A stretch of 64,000 bases of DNA, from NCBI RefSeq assembly GCF_030158645.1, contig NZ_JAOASO010000144.1, positions 8,815 through 72,814 on the forward strand, read 5' to 3'. Source of the DNA: Hydrogenophaga sp. GTDB lineage: Bacteria > Pseudomonadota > Gammaproteobacteria > Burkholderiales > Burkholderiaceae_C. The translations under genes were made by a program, and so were the position numbers. Position 1 is the first letter of the stretch; every line of letters starts with the position of its first letter. The notes under the pieces are model-generated. The model saw nothing but the letters and a program-made list of their open reading frames with translations. It had not been told where the DNA came from and ran no database searches. This document shows, piece by piece, positions 33,163 through 43,437 of the stretch.

Positions 33163-34126
33163 AACAGCGGTGACTGGCCAGCGCACCACCCTGCACGGTC
33201 CGGCCATGGGCACGCGTTGGTCGGCCACGATCGACGCTGACCTCTCCCTGGACCGGGAAGCCTTGCGCCAGGACCTCGCCGCTGCGGTGGAGCGGGTGGA
33301 CGGGCAGATGTCCCCCTGGAAGCCGAACAGCGACCTCCTGCGCCTGAACCGCGCGCCTGTGGACGCCTGGGTGGACCTGCCCGCCGACCTGCTGGCGGTG
33401 CTGGACTGTGCGCTCGATGTCCAGCGCCGGAGCGCGGGTGCCTTCGACCCGTGCGTGGGGGACCTGGTCGATGCCTGGGGCTTCGGCGCGGTGCGCGACA
33501 CACCCGACGCGGCGGCCATCACCGCCACGCGCCAGACCAGACCACGCACGGTGCACGAAGGCATCGAGTTGGAACGGCCCGCGCGCCGTGCCCGCAAGCG
33601 CGCGCCCTTGCAAGTCGACCTGTGCGGCATTGCCAAGGGCTACGCGGTGGACCGCATGGTGGCTGTGCTGCAACAGCACGGTGTGCGGCACGCACTGGCC
33701 GCGTTGGACGGGGAGCTGCGCACCGTGGGTGCGCAGGCCAACGGCGTGCCCTGGGCGGTGGCGCTGGAGCAACCCGAGGAAGGCCACCGTGCGGTGCGTG
33801 GTGTCATCGAGCTGGAGGACCTGGCCTTGGCCACCTCGGGCGACTACCGGCGCTGTCTGCAAGTGGGCGATGCGCGCCTGGCCCACACCATGGACCCGCG
33901 CCGCCGCGCGCCGGTGAACAACGCCGTGGCGTCGGTCACGGTGCTGGCGCGCACCGGCATGCAAGCAGACGCCTGGGCCACGGCCTTGCTGGTGGCGGGC
34001 CCCGACGAAGGTCTGGCCATGGCGCAGCGCATGGGGCTGGAGGTGCTGTTCCTGCTTCGCCGAGCCGAGGGCCTGGTGGAGCTGGGGCTGGGTCGGTTTG
34101 GCCGTTCCTCAACCCCGTCACGTTGA
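33143..34126 (+). CDS. apbE: FAD:protein FMN transferase (ApbE family), no signal peptide
   Basis: MGTRWS, FDPCVGDLVDAWGFG, DLCGIAKGYAVD, ATSGDYR, ADAWATAL. Confidence 0.9.
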   Translation: MPKMSSETAVTGQRTTLHGPAMGTRWSATIDADLSLDREALRQDLAAAVERVDGQMSPWKPNSDLLRLNRAPVDAWVDLPADLLAVLDCALDVQRRSAGAFDPCVGDLVDAWGFGAVRDTPDAAAITATRQTRPRTVHEGIELERPARRARKRAPLQVDLCGIAKGYAVDRMVAVLQQHGVRHALAALDGELRTVGAQANGVPWAVALEQPEEGHRAVRGVIELEDLALATSGDYRRCLQVGDARLAHTMDPRRRAPVNNAVASVTVLARTGMQADAWATALLVAGPDEGLAMAQRMGLEVLFLLRRAEGLVELGLGRFGRSSTPSR

Positions 34127-36760
34127 CGGCTTTCGACGGGCCCACTTGATGCCTTCAAACCACCACACGCTCAGCAAACCCAAGCCGCAGGCAGCGGCCA
34201 GCTCGTGGACAGGCAGCGGCGCGAAGCGCAGCACCCCCACCGCCCAGGGAACGTAGAGCGCCGCCAGCAACAAACCACTGGCCAGACCCAGCACAGCCCA
34301 CAGCGTGCGGTTGGGCGTGCGCAGCGTCGCCCACAGCGAGCGGGTGCTCGAACGGTTGGAGAGGATCAGGGCGAGGTTGGCCACGACCAGGGTGGCAAAC
34401 GCAAAAGCACGGGCCTCGGGCTCGGGGATGCGCGCACTGGCCCATGCAAATGCGGCCATGACGACGGCCAGCACACCCAACCCCTGAACCAGCGCGAGGA
34501 TGAGGGTGGTGCCGCCAAACAGGGGGGCGCTCGCATCCCGCGGCGGGCGCTGCATCACGTCGTCTTCTGCCGGCTCGTTCTCGAAGGCGACCGAGCAGGC
34601 CGGATCGATGATGAGTTCGAGCAGGGCGATGTGCATCGGGTACAGCAAGGCCGGCCAACCCAGCAACACCGGCAGCATCGCCATGCCGGCGATGGGCACG
34701 TGCACCGCCAGGATGTAGGACATGGCCTTGCGCAGGTTGTCGAAAATCCGGCGACCCAGCCGAACAGCGGCGACGAGGGACGCGAAGTTGTCGTCGATCA
34801 GCACCAGCGAAGCCGACTCGCGGGCCACGTCGGTGCCGCGCTGGCCCATGGCCACCCCCACATGGGCTGCGCGCAACGCCGGGGCGTCGTTCACGCCGTC
34901 GCCCGTCATCGCGACAATCTCGCCTCGGGCCTTCAGTGCCTGCACGATGCGCAGCTTCTGCTCGGGCGCGATGCGGGCGCAAACGCTGACGGTGGCCAGG
35001 CGCTCGCGCAGTGCCCCGTCGCCCAGTCCCGCGATCTCGTCGCCGGTCAGCACATCCCCGTCGCGCACGGCCAGTCCGGCCTGACGCGCGATCACCCGCG
35101 CCGTGGCCGGGTAATCGCCGGTGATCATCACCACCCGGATGCCAGCGGCGCGGCACTCGGCCACGGCGGCGGGCACCTCGGCGCGCACCGGATCGGCCAG
35201 ACCGAGCAAACCGACAAACTCGACGTCGAATCCGTGTTCTTCCGCTGGCCAGTCCTGGCCTGCAAACGATCCGCGCGCCACGGCCAGCACCCGCAGGCCC
35301 TGGGCCGCCAGCAACTCCACTGCGCCGCCGATGCGGGCTCTCTGCGCATCGTCGAGGTGGCACAGGTCCATCACCGCCTCCGGTGCACCCTTGGCGGCGA
35401 CGGTCTGGAGGCCATCACCCGGCGCGGCCCACACGTGCGACATGGCCCGCAGCGCCGGGCTGAGCGCGTAGGTGCGCACCAGGCGCCAGTCGTGATGCAG
35501 GTGTTCGGTGTCCGTGAGAAAGCGCTCCCCCAGCTGATGGAAAGCTTTCTCCATCGGGTCGAAGGGATCGACCACGCTGGCCAGGATCGCGAGTTCCAAC
35601 AGCGGGTGGAAGGCCTCGGGCAACCGGCTGTCGGCCAGCGTGTCCAGCGCCAGGCTTTCGGTCAGACCGAGACCACCGGCGACCAGGTGCGTCACCGTCA
35701 TGCGGTTCTCCGTCAGCGTTCCCGTCTTGTCGGTGCACAGCACCGTGGTGGCGCCCAGCGTCTCGATGGCGTTGATGCGCCGGGTGAGCACGCCCTCCCG
35801 GGACAACCGGCGTGCACCCAGCGCCGGAAACACCGTCAGCACCACCGGGTATTCCTCGGGCAGCAAGGCCATGGCCAGGGCAATGCCCGCCAGCAGCGCC
35901 TGCAGCCAGTCGCCCTGGATCACGCCGTGCGCCAGGACCAGCAGCAGGCTGAGCACCAGCGCCAGCAAGGCGAGGTGGCGCACCAGCCGGGCCGTCTGTT
36001 TCTGCAGTGGCGATCGCTCACTCGCCACGGCACCGAGCGATGCACCGATGCGGCCGATCTCGCTGCGCTCGCCGGTGGCGGTGACCCAGGCGAGCGCATG
36101 GCCCTGCACGATCAGCGTGCCCGCGTACACCCAGGGCAGATCGTCACCGCCCGGCACCTGGCGCGTGGCGCCGGACGCCTTCCCCGATGCAGCGCGTTCA
36201 TCGGCCCGGGCCACCCGCTTGCCCACCGGAACGGCCTCGCCGGTCAGCAGCGATTCATCGGCCCTCACGCCGTCGGCAGACACCAGCAGCGCATCGGCCG
36301 GAACCCGGTCGCCTTCGCTCAGCTTGAGCAGGTCGCCGCGCACCACGTCTCGCCCGGCGATGCGCAAGGGCCGACCGTCGCGCAGGACCAGGGCGCGCGG
36401 GCTCGTGAGATCGCGCAGCGCTTCGATGGCGCGCTCGGTCTTGCCCTCCTGGTACAGCGTGAGCCCCACGGTGACCACCACGAACCCGAAGAGCGTGAGT
36501 CCCTCCCGCAGGTCACCGAAGGCCAAGTACAGGGTGCCCGCTGCGAGCAGCAACAGGAACATCGGCTCGCGCACGGTGGCCCAGACCATCGACAGCAGGT
36601 TACGCCGCTGACCACCGGGCAAGGCATTGGGACCCTCTTGCGCCAGGCGTTGCGCTGCCTGGAATGTGGAAAGACCCCGGTCAAGATCCACCGCCGGCAC
36701 GGGCGTTTCAATGGGGGGGCCGGGTGGGACGTCGGCCCGGGCGGCTTGGCTGGTCGGCAT
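34118..36760 (-). CDS. Cation-transporting P-type ATPase
   Basis: DKTGT, TGEA, PEEYP, KGAPE, MITGD, GDGVNDAPAL. Confidence 0.93.
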   Translation of the reverse strand: MPTSQAARADVPPGPPIETPVPAVDLDRGLSTFQAAQRLAQEGPNALPGGQRRNLLSMVWATVREPMFLLLLAAGTLYLAFGDLREGLTLFGFVVVTVGLTLYQEGKTERAIEALRDLTSPRALVLRDGRPLRIAGRDVVRGDLLKLSEGDRVPADALLVSADGVRADESLLTGEAVPVGKRVARADERAASGKASGATRQVPGGDDLPWVYAGTLIVQGHALAWVTATGERSEIGRIGASLGAVASERSPLQKQTARLVRHLALLALVLSLLLVLAHGVIQGDWLQALLAGIALAMALLPEEYPVVLTVFPALGARRLSREGVLTRRINAIETLGATTVLCTDKTGTLTENRMTVTHLVAGGLGLTESLALDTLADSRLPEAFHPLLELAILASVVDPFDPMEKAFHQLGERFLTDTEHLHHDWRLVRTYALSPALRAMSHVWAAPGDGLQTVAAKGAPEAVMDLCHLDDAQRARIGGAVELLAAQGLRVLAVARGSFAGQDWPAEEHGFDVEFVGLLGLADPVRAEVPAAVAECRAAGIRVVMITGDYPATARVIARQAGLAVRDGDVLTGDEIAGLGDGALRERLATVSVCARIAPEQKLRIVQALKARGEIVAMTGDGVNDAPALRAAHVGVAMGQRGTDVARESASLVLIDDNFASLVAAVRLGRRIFDNLRKAMSYILAVHVPIAGMAMLPVLLGWPALLYPMHIALLELIIDPACSVAFENEPAEDDVMQRPPRDASAPLFGGTTLILALVQGLGVLAVVMAAFAWASARIPEPEARAFAFATLVVANLALILSNRSSTRSLWATLRTPNRTLWAVLGLASGLLLAALYVPWAVGVLRFAPLPVHELAAACGLGLLSVWWFEGIKWARRKPST

Positions 36761-36836
36761 GTCCCGCCTTTCTGGCTGAGCGTTCTGCTCGGGTGGGTTC
36801 CTCCGCCGCAGTGTGTTCGCGGCTGAAGGCGCTTCC

Positions 36837-36850
36837 TGGAGCATGCTCAA
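36837..36850 (-). promoter_or_regulatory. FNR-type box upstream of the P-type ATPase
   Basis: TTGAG-CATG-CTCCA on minus strand; CACACT -10 at 36815-36810. Confidence 0.5.
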
Positions 36851-36907
36851 TGCCACCGGGAGACTTCGCATTCTGCGGCCACGCGCGGGCAATGAACCGC
36901 ATCTTTG

Positions 36908-36921
36908 TTGCGCAGCGTCAA
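36908..36921 (+). promoter_or_regulatory. FNR-type box upstream of cytochrome c
   Basis: TTGCG-CAGC-GTCAA; CACAAT -10 at 36943-36948. Confidence 0.55.
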
Positions 36922-36987
36922 TGGTTCGACGATGGGAGTGGCCACAATGGCTGGCAGCTCAACCGCGATCGCCCGACCCCGGCTGAC

Positions 36988-37353
36988 GTGAAGCGAAGGA
37001 GTTTCCTTGTGTCCCTGGCGTGCAGCTCGCGGGTGTCCACCTTGCTCGTCGCGGCGGCGCTGGCAGGTCCTGCCACGGCCCAGGGTCGCGGTGAGTTGCT
37101 GTACACCGCGCATTGCAGCGCCTGCCATTCGGAACAGATCCACTGGCGCTCTGCGAAGGCCGTGACGGACTGGACCAGCCTCAAGGCCGAGGTCGTCAAG
37201 TGGCAGGGCATGGCCAGGCTGGCGTGGAGCGAAGACGATGTGACCGACGTGGCACGCTTCCTGAACGAGCGCATCTACCGTTTTGAGACACCCCTTGCAA
37301 CGGCGTCCAAAGTTCCACCGAGCCTGCGGGCGCCCGGTGCAGGCGCTCCCTAG
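36988..37353 (+). CDS. Small periplasmic monoheme cytochrome c
   Basis: GTG start, signal ending PATA-Q, GELLYTAHCSACH. Confidence 0.8.
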   Translation: MKRRSFLVSLACSSRVSTLLVAAALAGPATAQGRGELLYTAHCSACHSEQIHWRSAKAVTDWTSLKAEVVKWQGMARLAWSEDDVTDVARFLNERIYRFETPLATASKVPPSLRAPGAGAP

Positions 37354-37404
37354 TCACCGCGTCGCACCTGCCATGTTCCTCACAACCCATCCAACGGCAA
37401 CCGA

Positions 37405-38118
37405 ATGGACATGACCATGAGATCCCTGCACAGCCACACCGAACGCCACCGGACGGACCGCATCGGCTGGTTGCGCGCTGCGGTGCTGGGTGCCAACGAT
37501 GGCATCGTCTCCACCGCCAGCCTGGTGGTCGGCGTGGCCGCCGCCGGATCGAGCCACAGCAACGTCCTGATCACAGGCGTGGCGGGGCTGGTGGCGGGGG
37601 CGATGTCGATGGCCGCGGGCGAGTACGTGTCGGTGCATTCACAGGCGGACACCGAGGCCGCCGACCTGCGGCGCGAGAAAGCGGAACTCGCGGCGGACCC
37701 GGTGGCGGAGCAACGCGAGTTGGCGTCGATCTACGTGGGCCGGGGGCTGGGGCCCGACCTGGCGCAGCAGGTGGCCGCACAGCTGATGGCGCATGACGCG
37801 ATCGGTGCCCATGGGCGCGACGAGCTCGGCATCTTCGACGCCCACCTGGCCCGCCCGATTCAAGCGGCGCTGGCCTCTGCGGCCAGCTTCGCCCTGGGCG
37901 CCCTGCTTCCGCTGGCCGTGACCGCCCTGGCCCCCGAGCGGGGCGTGATTGCCTGGGTCACCGGGCTTTCGCTCGCCTTCCTGGCCCTGCTGGGTGCTGT
38001 TGCCGCGCAGGTGGGCGGTGCCCGGGTGCTCGCCGGCGCCTGGCGCGTGTTTTTCTGGGGCGCTCTGGCCATGGGCATCACCGCGGCGGTGGGGTCCCTG
38101 TTTGGTGCGGTCGTGTGA
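37405..38118 (+). CDS. VIT1/CCC1 family iron/manganese transporter
   Basis: LRAAVLGANDGIVS, GAMSMAAGEYVSV, ARPIQAALASA. Confidence 0.93.
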   Translation: MDMTMRSLHSHTERHRTDRIGWLRAAVLGANDGIVSTASLVVGVAAAGSSHSNVLITGVAGLVAGAMSMAAGEYVSVHSQADTEAADLRREKAELAADPVAEQRELASIYVGRGLGPDLAQQVAAQLMAHDAIGAHGRDELGIFDAHLARPIQAALASAASFALGALLPLAVTALAPERGVIAWVTGLSLAFLALLGAVAAQVGGARVLAGAWRVFFWGALAMGITAAVGSLFGAVV

Positions 38119-38183
38119 TCGAGAACAAATCGATCAGAGCTTCACCCCTTCGTGAACCAGGCGCCCGTGTGGAGCGCACCCGC

Positions 38184-38455
38184 TCAAGGCCGAACGGCAA
38201 TTTCGTTGCGGACAGCCTTCACGCCGTTGACCCGACGGGCGAGGGATTCGGCGGTGGATTTTTCGGCGGCGCTTTTTGCGAAACCCGACAACATGACGGC
38301 GCCGTTGAGGGTTTCGACCCGGATGCTGGTCGCGTCCACCGTCTTGTTGTCGGCAAAGCGGCTCTTCACCCGGGTGGTGATGACCGTGTCGTCGACACAG
38401 GCACCCACGGATTCCTGGCCGCGCGTCACGGCACAGCCGGACGCGGTGAGCAACT
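38184..38455 (-). pseudogene. BON-domain lipoprotein with N-terminus apparently deleted
   Basis: LLTASGC lipobox then AVTRGQESVG..VDDTVITTRVKSRF...GAVMLSGFA; no hydrophobic signal or usable start in front. Confidence 0.65.
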
Positions 38456-38494
38456 CCAGGGCATCCCATCTTTTACGGACAGACTGTCCTGTCA

Positions 38495-38508
38495 TTGATT
38501 CAACTCAA
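38495..38508 (-). promoter_or_regulatory. FNR/ANR-type box facing the BON gene
   Basis: TTGAT-TCAA-CTCAA, 9/10 match to TTGAT-N4-ATCAA. Confidence 0.65.
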
Positions 38509-38573
38509 CGCCAGCGCAAGCAAGGGCGGCGCGAGCCGGCGCGGCGGACCGAGCCCTCGCGTGACCCGCTGCA

Positions 38574-38587
38574 TTGACACAGATCAA
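38574..38587 (+). promoter_or_regulatory. FNR/ANR box of the arc operon
   Basis: TTGAC-ACAG-ATCAA; CACCAT -10 at 38610-38615 places the box at -41.5. Confidence 0.85.
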
Positions 38588-38686
38588 GGGTCAGGGGGCA
38601 TGCGGGGTCCACCATGCAAGGCGATGCACCGTGAGTTCCTTGCCATCCTGGCTGGATTCGCATCTGCGTCGCAGGAGGCAGAGACC

Positions 38687-40138
38687 ATGAAGGATCCCGC
38701 AAACCCCGTGGCAACCGCCCCCGAAGCGCCCAGCGTTCAGGACCGGTTTCCCACCGCGTACACCATCCTCTTTGCGCTGATCGTCCTGATGGCCGTGCTC
38801 ACCTGGATCCTGCCCGCTGGCCAATACCAGCGCGTGGCCAATGAGGCTTTGGGCAAGGACGCGCCGGTGCCCGGCACCTACCAGGTGGTGGAGCCCGCGC
38901 AACAAGGTGTGTTCGACGTGTTGCTGGCGCCCATCACCGGCTTCTACAACCAGAGCACGGGCATGGCCAACGCCATCGACGTGTCGCTGTTCGTGCTCGT
39001 CATCGGCGGTTTTCTGGGTGTGGTGAACGCCACGGGCGCCATCAACACCGGCATCGAGCGCGTGATGCTGCGCCTCAAGGGCCGCGAGAAATGGATGATC
39101 CCCGCCCTGATGCTGTTGTTTGCCGCCGGCGGCAGCACCTACGGCATGGCCGAGGAAACGCTGGCGTTTTATGTGCTGCTGATTCCGCTGATGATCGCGG
39201 TGGGCTACGACGCGCTCACCGGCGTGGCCGTGATCATGGTGGGTGCGGGCATCGGCGTGATCGGGTCCACCATCAACCCGTTCTCCACCGCCATCGCTTC
39301 CAACGCGGCCGGCATTCCCTTCACCCAGGGCCTCGCCCTGCGGCTGGTGATCCTCGCGCTCGGCTGGTTGATCTGCGTGGCTTATGTGATGCGCTACGCC
39401 GAACGGGTGCGCAAGGACCCGGCGTCCTCGCTGGTGGCCGACCTCAAGGCGTCCAACGAGGCGCATTTCCTGCGCAACCGCGAGGACCATAGCGCATCGG
39501 TGCTCACCACCCGGCAGATGCTCATCCTGTTGATGTTCGGCGCCACCTTCGCCGCCATGGTCTGGGGCGTGGCATCGCAAGGCTGGTGGATGGCCGAGAT
39601 GTCGGCCCTGTTCCTGGCCTCTTCGATCGCGGTGGGCCTGGTGGCCTGGCTGGGCGAAAAACCCTTCACCACCGCCTTTGTCGACGGCGCGCGCGACCTG
39701 CTGGGCGTGGCCCTGGTGATCGGGCTGGCGCGCGGCATCGTGGTCATCATGGACCAGGGCAAGATCACCGACACCATCCTGCACACCTTCGAAGGCTGGA
39801 TCACCGGCATGCCCGACGTGGCGTTTGTCAACGCCCTGTTCGCCACCGAAGGCCTGCTCAGCCTGCTGGTGCCGTCCACCTCCGGGCTGGCGGTGCTGAG
39901 CATGCCCATCCTGGCGCCGCTCTCCGACTTCGCCGGCGTGCCGCGGAACCTGGCCGTGACCGCCTTCCAGACCGCGATCGGCATCACCAACCTGGTCACA
40001 CCCACCTACGCCGTGGTGGTGGGCGCGCTGGCCATTGGCCGGGTGCCCTACCAGCGCTGGGTGCGTTTCATCTGGCCGCTGATGCTGATGCTGACCGTGC
40101 TCAGCATGGCCAGCCTGAGCGCGGCGGTGCTGCTGTGA
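38687..40138 (+). CDS. YfcC-family arginine/ornithine antiporter (functional ArcD)
   Basis: RBS aggagg; [32 protein letters not shown]; first gene of the arc operon. Confidence 0.88.
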   Translation: MKDPANPVATAPEAPSVQDRFPTAYTILFALIVLMAVLTWILPAGQYQRVANEALGKDAPVPGTYQVVEPAQQGVFDVLLAPITGFYNQSTGMANAIDVSLFVLVIGGFLGVVNATGAINTGIERVMLRLKGREKWMIPALMLLFAAGGSTYGMAEETLAFYVLLIPLMIAVGYDALTGVAVIMVGAGIGVIGSTINPFSTAIASNAAGIPFTQGLALRLVILALGWLICVAYVMRYAERVRKDPASSLVADLKASNEAHFLRNREDHSASVLTTRQMLILLMFGATFAAMVWGVASQGWWMAEMSALFLASSIAVGLVAWLGEKPFTTAFVDGARDLLGVALVIGLARGIVVIMDQGKITDTILHTFEGWITGMPDVAFVNALFATEGLLSLLVPSTSGLAVLSMPILAPLSDFAGVPRNLAVTAFQTAIGITNLVTPTYAVVVGALAIGRVPYQRWVRFIWPLMLMLTVLSMASLSAAVLL

Positions 40139-41382
40139 ACGCCGTCAGCGCCACCGATGCCGGTGCAGTGCGGCTGGGCGTGTATTCCGAAGTGGGCAAG
40201 CTGCGACGGGTGCTGGTGAGCGCGCCCGGCCTGGCGCACGAACGCCTGACGCCAGCCAACTGCGACGGGCTGCTGTTCGACGACGTGTTCTGGGTGCAGC
40301 AGGCCCGCACCGACCATTTCGACTTCGTCTCCAAGCTGCAGGACCGCGGCGTCGAGGTGCTGGAGATGGGCGAGTTGCTCGCCGACACCCTGGCCATCCC
40401 GGCGGCGCGCGAATGGGTGCTGCAACGCAGAATCACGCCCGACCACGTGGGCGTCGGCATGCTCGACGAGCTCAAGGGCTGGCTGTGGGACCTGCCCGCC
40501 GAAGCGCTGGCACGCTACCTCATCGGCGGTGTGGCGGTGCACGACCTGCCGTTCAAGCCCGCCGGCATGTTCGGGCCCTACCTGGGGGCCGACGGCTTCG
40601 TGCTGCCGCCGCTGCCCAACATGCTGTTCACCCGCGACACCAGCGCCTGGATCTACGGCGGCGTCACCCTCAACCCCATGCACTGGGCCGCGCGCCGCCA
40701 GGAAACGCTGCTGACCGCGGCGGTGTACCGGCACCACCCGCTGTTTGCGCAGGCCGGTTTTCCGGTGTGGTGGGGCGACCCCGACGTGGACCATGGCCCG
40801 GCCACGCTGGAGGGCGGCGACATCATGCCGATCGGTCACGGCGTGGTGTTGATCGGCATGGGCGAACGCACCACACCACAGGCGGTGGGGCAGCTGGCCC
40901 AGGCCCTGTTTGCGGCCGGTGCCGTGCAGCGCGTGGTGGCCTGCCAGATGCCGCAGTCCCGCGCGGCCATGCACCTGGACACCGTGTTTTCGTTCTGCGA
41001 CCGCGACACCGTGACCAGCTTCGTGGGCGTCGCGAACCAGGTCGTCTGCCACAGCCTGTACCCGACCGAACGCGGGGGCATCGACCACCGGCGCGAGAGC
41101 CAGTCGCTGTTCGAGGTGGTGGCGCAATGCCTTGGGCTGAAGGAGCTGCGCGTCATTCCCACCGGCGGTGACAGCTACGAGCAGGCGCGCGAACAGTGGG
41201 ACGACGGCAACAACGTGGTGGCCCTGGAGCCGGGCGTGGTGGTCGGCTACGACCGCAACACCCACACCAACACCTTGCTGCGCAAGGCCGGCATCGAAGT
41301 CATCACCATCCGCGGCAGCGAACTCGGCCGCGGCCGGGGCGGCGGCCACTGCATGACCTGCCCCATCTCTCGCGACGCTTGA
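40135..41382 (+). CDS. arcA: Arginine deiminase
   Basis: [51 protein letters not shown]. Confidence 0.97.
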   Translation: MNAVSATDAGAVRLGVYSEVGKLRRVLVSAPGLAHERLTPANCDGLLFDDVFWVQQARTDHFDFVSKLQDRGVEVLEMGELLADTLAIPAAREWVLQRRITPDHVGVGMLDELKGWLWDLPAEALARYLIGGVAVHDLPFKPAGMFGPYLGADGFVLPPLPNMLFTRDTSAWIYGGVTLNPMHWAARRQETLLTAAVYRHHPLFAQAGFPVWWGDPDVDHGPATLEGGDIMPIGHGVVLIGMGERTTPQAVGQLAQALFAAGAVQRVVACQMPQSRAAMHLDTVFSFCDRDTVTSFVGVANQVVCHSLYPTERGGIDHRRESQSLFEVVAQCLGLKELRVIPTGGDSYEQAREQWDDGNNVVALEPGVVVGYDRNTHTNTLLRKAGIEVITIRGSELGRGRGGGHCMTCPISRDA

Positions 41383-41393
41383 AAGAAAAAACC

Positions 41394-42395
41394 ATGGCAT
41401 TCAACTTAAAGAACCGAAGCCTGCTGACCCTGCGCGACTTCACAGCGGACGAGATCGGCTTTCTGCTCAAGCTCGCCGCCGACCTGAAGGCCGCCAAGTA
41501 CGCCGGCACCGAGCAGCCGATGCTGCGCGGCAAGGAGATCGCACTGATCTTCGAGAAGGACTCCACCCGCACGCGCGTGGGCTTCGAGGTGGCGGCGCAC
41601 GACCAGGGCGCCACCGTCACCTACCTCGGCCCCTCGGGCAGCCACATCGGCCACAAGGAATCCATCAAGGACACGGCGCGTGTGCTGGGGCGGGTGTACG
41701 ACGCCATCGAGTACCGGGGCTTCGGTCAGGCGGTGGTGGAGACGCTGGCGAAGTGGTCGGGCGTGCCGGTCTACAACGGCCTGACCGACCAGTTTCACCC
41801 GACGCAGATCCTGGCCGACCTGTTGACCATGCGCGAGCACTGCGAGAAGCCGCTGCGCGAGATCGCCTTCTGTTTTCTGGGCGATGCCGGCAACAACATG
41901 GGCGACTCGCTGCTGATCGGGGCGGCCAAGCTGGGCATGGACGTGCGCCTGTGCGGGCCCGCCTCGCTGTGGCCCGACCAGACCATCATCGATGAAGCCC
42001 AGGCCCTGGCCCGCGACAGCGGGGCGCGCATGCTGTTGACCGAAGACGTGGCCGCCGGTGTGAAGGGCTGCGACTTTCTGTACACCGACGTGTGGGTCTC
42101 GATGGGCGAGCCGGAATCGGTCTGGGCCGACCGCATCCGCCTGCTGCTGCCCTACCAGGTGAACGCCGCGGCGATGGCGCTCACCGGTAACCCGCGCGTG
42201 CGCTTCATGCACTGCCTGCCCGCCTTTCACAACACCGAGACCGAAGTGGGCGCACAGATCGAGCGGCTGCACGGCATCACCGCCATGGAAGTCACCGACG
42301 AGGTGTTCGAGAGCCCGGCCTCCATCGTGTTCGACCAGGCGGAGAACCGCATGCACACCATCAAGGCGGTGCTGGTCGCCACCCTGGGCGGTTGA
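41394..42395 (+). CDS. arcB: Ornithine carbamoyltransferase, catabolic type
   Basis: [41 protein letters not shown]. Confidence 0.95.
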   Translation: MAFNLKNRSLLTLRDFTADEIGFLLKLAADLKAAKYAGTEQPMLRGKEIALIFEKDSTRTRVGFEVAAHDQGATVTYLGPSGSHIGHKESIKDTARVLGRVYDAIEYRGFGQAVVETLAKWSGVPVYNGLTDQFHPTQILADLLTMREHCEKPLREIAFCFLGDAGNNMGDSLLIGAAKLGMDVRLCGPASLWPDQTIIDEAQALARDSGARMLLTEDVAAGVKGCDFLYTDVWVSMGEPESVWADRIRLLLPYQVNAAAMALTGNPRVRFMHCLPAFHNTETEVGAQIERLHGITAMEVTDEVFESPASIVFDQAENRMHTIKAVLVATLGG

Positions 42396-42396
42396 G

Positions 42397-43317
42397 ATGG
42401 CCCGCGTCGTGGTGGCCCTGGGTGGCAACGCACTGTTGCGGCGCGGTGAACCGGTGAGCGCGGCCACGCAGCGCGCCAACATCCGCCGCGCCGCGGTGGC
42501 CCTCGCCCAGCTCATGGCCGATGGACATCAGCTGGTCATCACCCACGGCAACGGACCGCAGGTGGGTTTGCTCGCGCTGCAGGGCGAGGCCGCCGGCCAG
42601 GCCGCCTTTCCGCTGGACGTGCTGGGTGCCGAAACCGAAGGGATGATCGGCTACGTGCTGCAGCAGGAGCTGGACAACGCCTTTGAGGGCGGTGCGCGTT
42701 TTGCGACGCTGCTGACGCAGGTGCAGGTGGACCCAGACGACCCGGCGTTTGCCGCGCCGAGCAAGCCGGTGGGTTCGGTCTACAGCGAGGCCGATGCCAA
42801 ACGGCTGGCCGAACAACGCGGCTGGTCCATCGCACCCGACGGCGATGCCTGGCGGCGCGTGGTGCCATCACCCCGGCCGGTTCGCATCCTGGAGATCGAG
42901 GTGATCCGCCTGCTGGTGGACCAGGGCGTGACCGTGATCTGCGCAGGCGGAGGCGGCATACCGGTGGCGCAGCTGACCGACGGGACCTGCGTCGGCGTGG
43001 AAGCGGTGATCGACAAGGACCACGCCAGCGGCCTTCTGGCCGCAGAACTGCAGGCCGACGCCTTCCTCATGTTGACCGACGTGCCCGCCGTGTACACCGG
43101 CTGGGGCACACCGGCCCAGCACGCGCTGGGCGACGTGACCCCTGATGAACTCGCCGCGCTCGACTTTGCCGCCGGCTCCATGGGCCCCAAGGTGCAGGCC
43201 GCGTGCGATTTCGTGAACCACGGCGGCGGCATGGCCGGCATCGGGGCACTGGAAGACGTGGCCGGCATTCTGATGCGGCGCGCCGGCACACGGGTCGTGC
43301 CGTCACACGGCACATGA
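42397..43317 (+). CDS. arcC: Carbamate kinase
   Basis: [38 protein letters not shown]. Confidence 0.97.
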   Translation: MARVVVALGGNALLRRGEPVSAATQRANIRRAAVALAQLMADGHQLVITHGNGPQVGLLALQGEAAGQAAFPLDVLGAETEGMIGYVLQQELDNAFEGGARFATLLTQVQVDPDDPAFAAPSKPVGSVYSEADAKRLAEQRGWSIAPDGDAWRRVVPSPRPVRILEIEVIRLLVDQGVTVICAGGGGIPVAQLTDGTCVGVEAVIDKDHASGLLAAELQADAFLMLTDVPAVYTGWGTPAQHALGDVTPDELAALDFAAGSMGPKVQAACDFVNHGGGMAGIGALEDVAGILMRRAGTRVVPSHGT

Positions 43318-43437
43318 GGTCTGTGGCTTGGATCCGCGACGCGCAGACCCGGGTCCGTGTGCGTCAGTGCATGGAGCGGAACAAATGCCGCGGGATCTGC
43401 GATACCCACGGCGTCGGCGTTGGCCCCCTGGAAGCGC

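Noticed and set aside
34205-36826. 873-aa plus-strand ORF, and similar long ORFs at 30937-33003, 46247-48211 and 47757-50066
   Set aside because: Antisense or off-frame to motif-bearing genes, with composition typical of non-coding frames.
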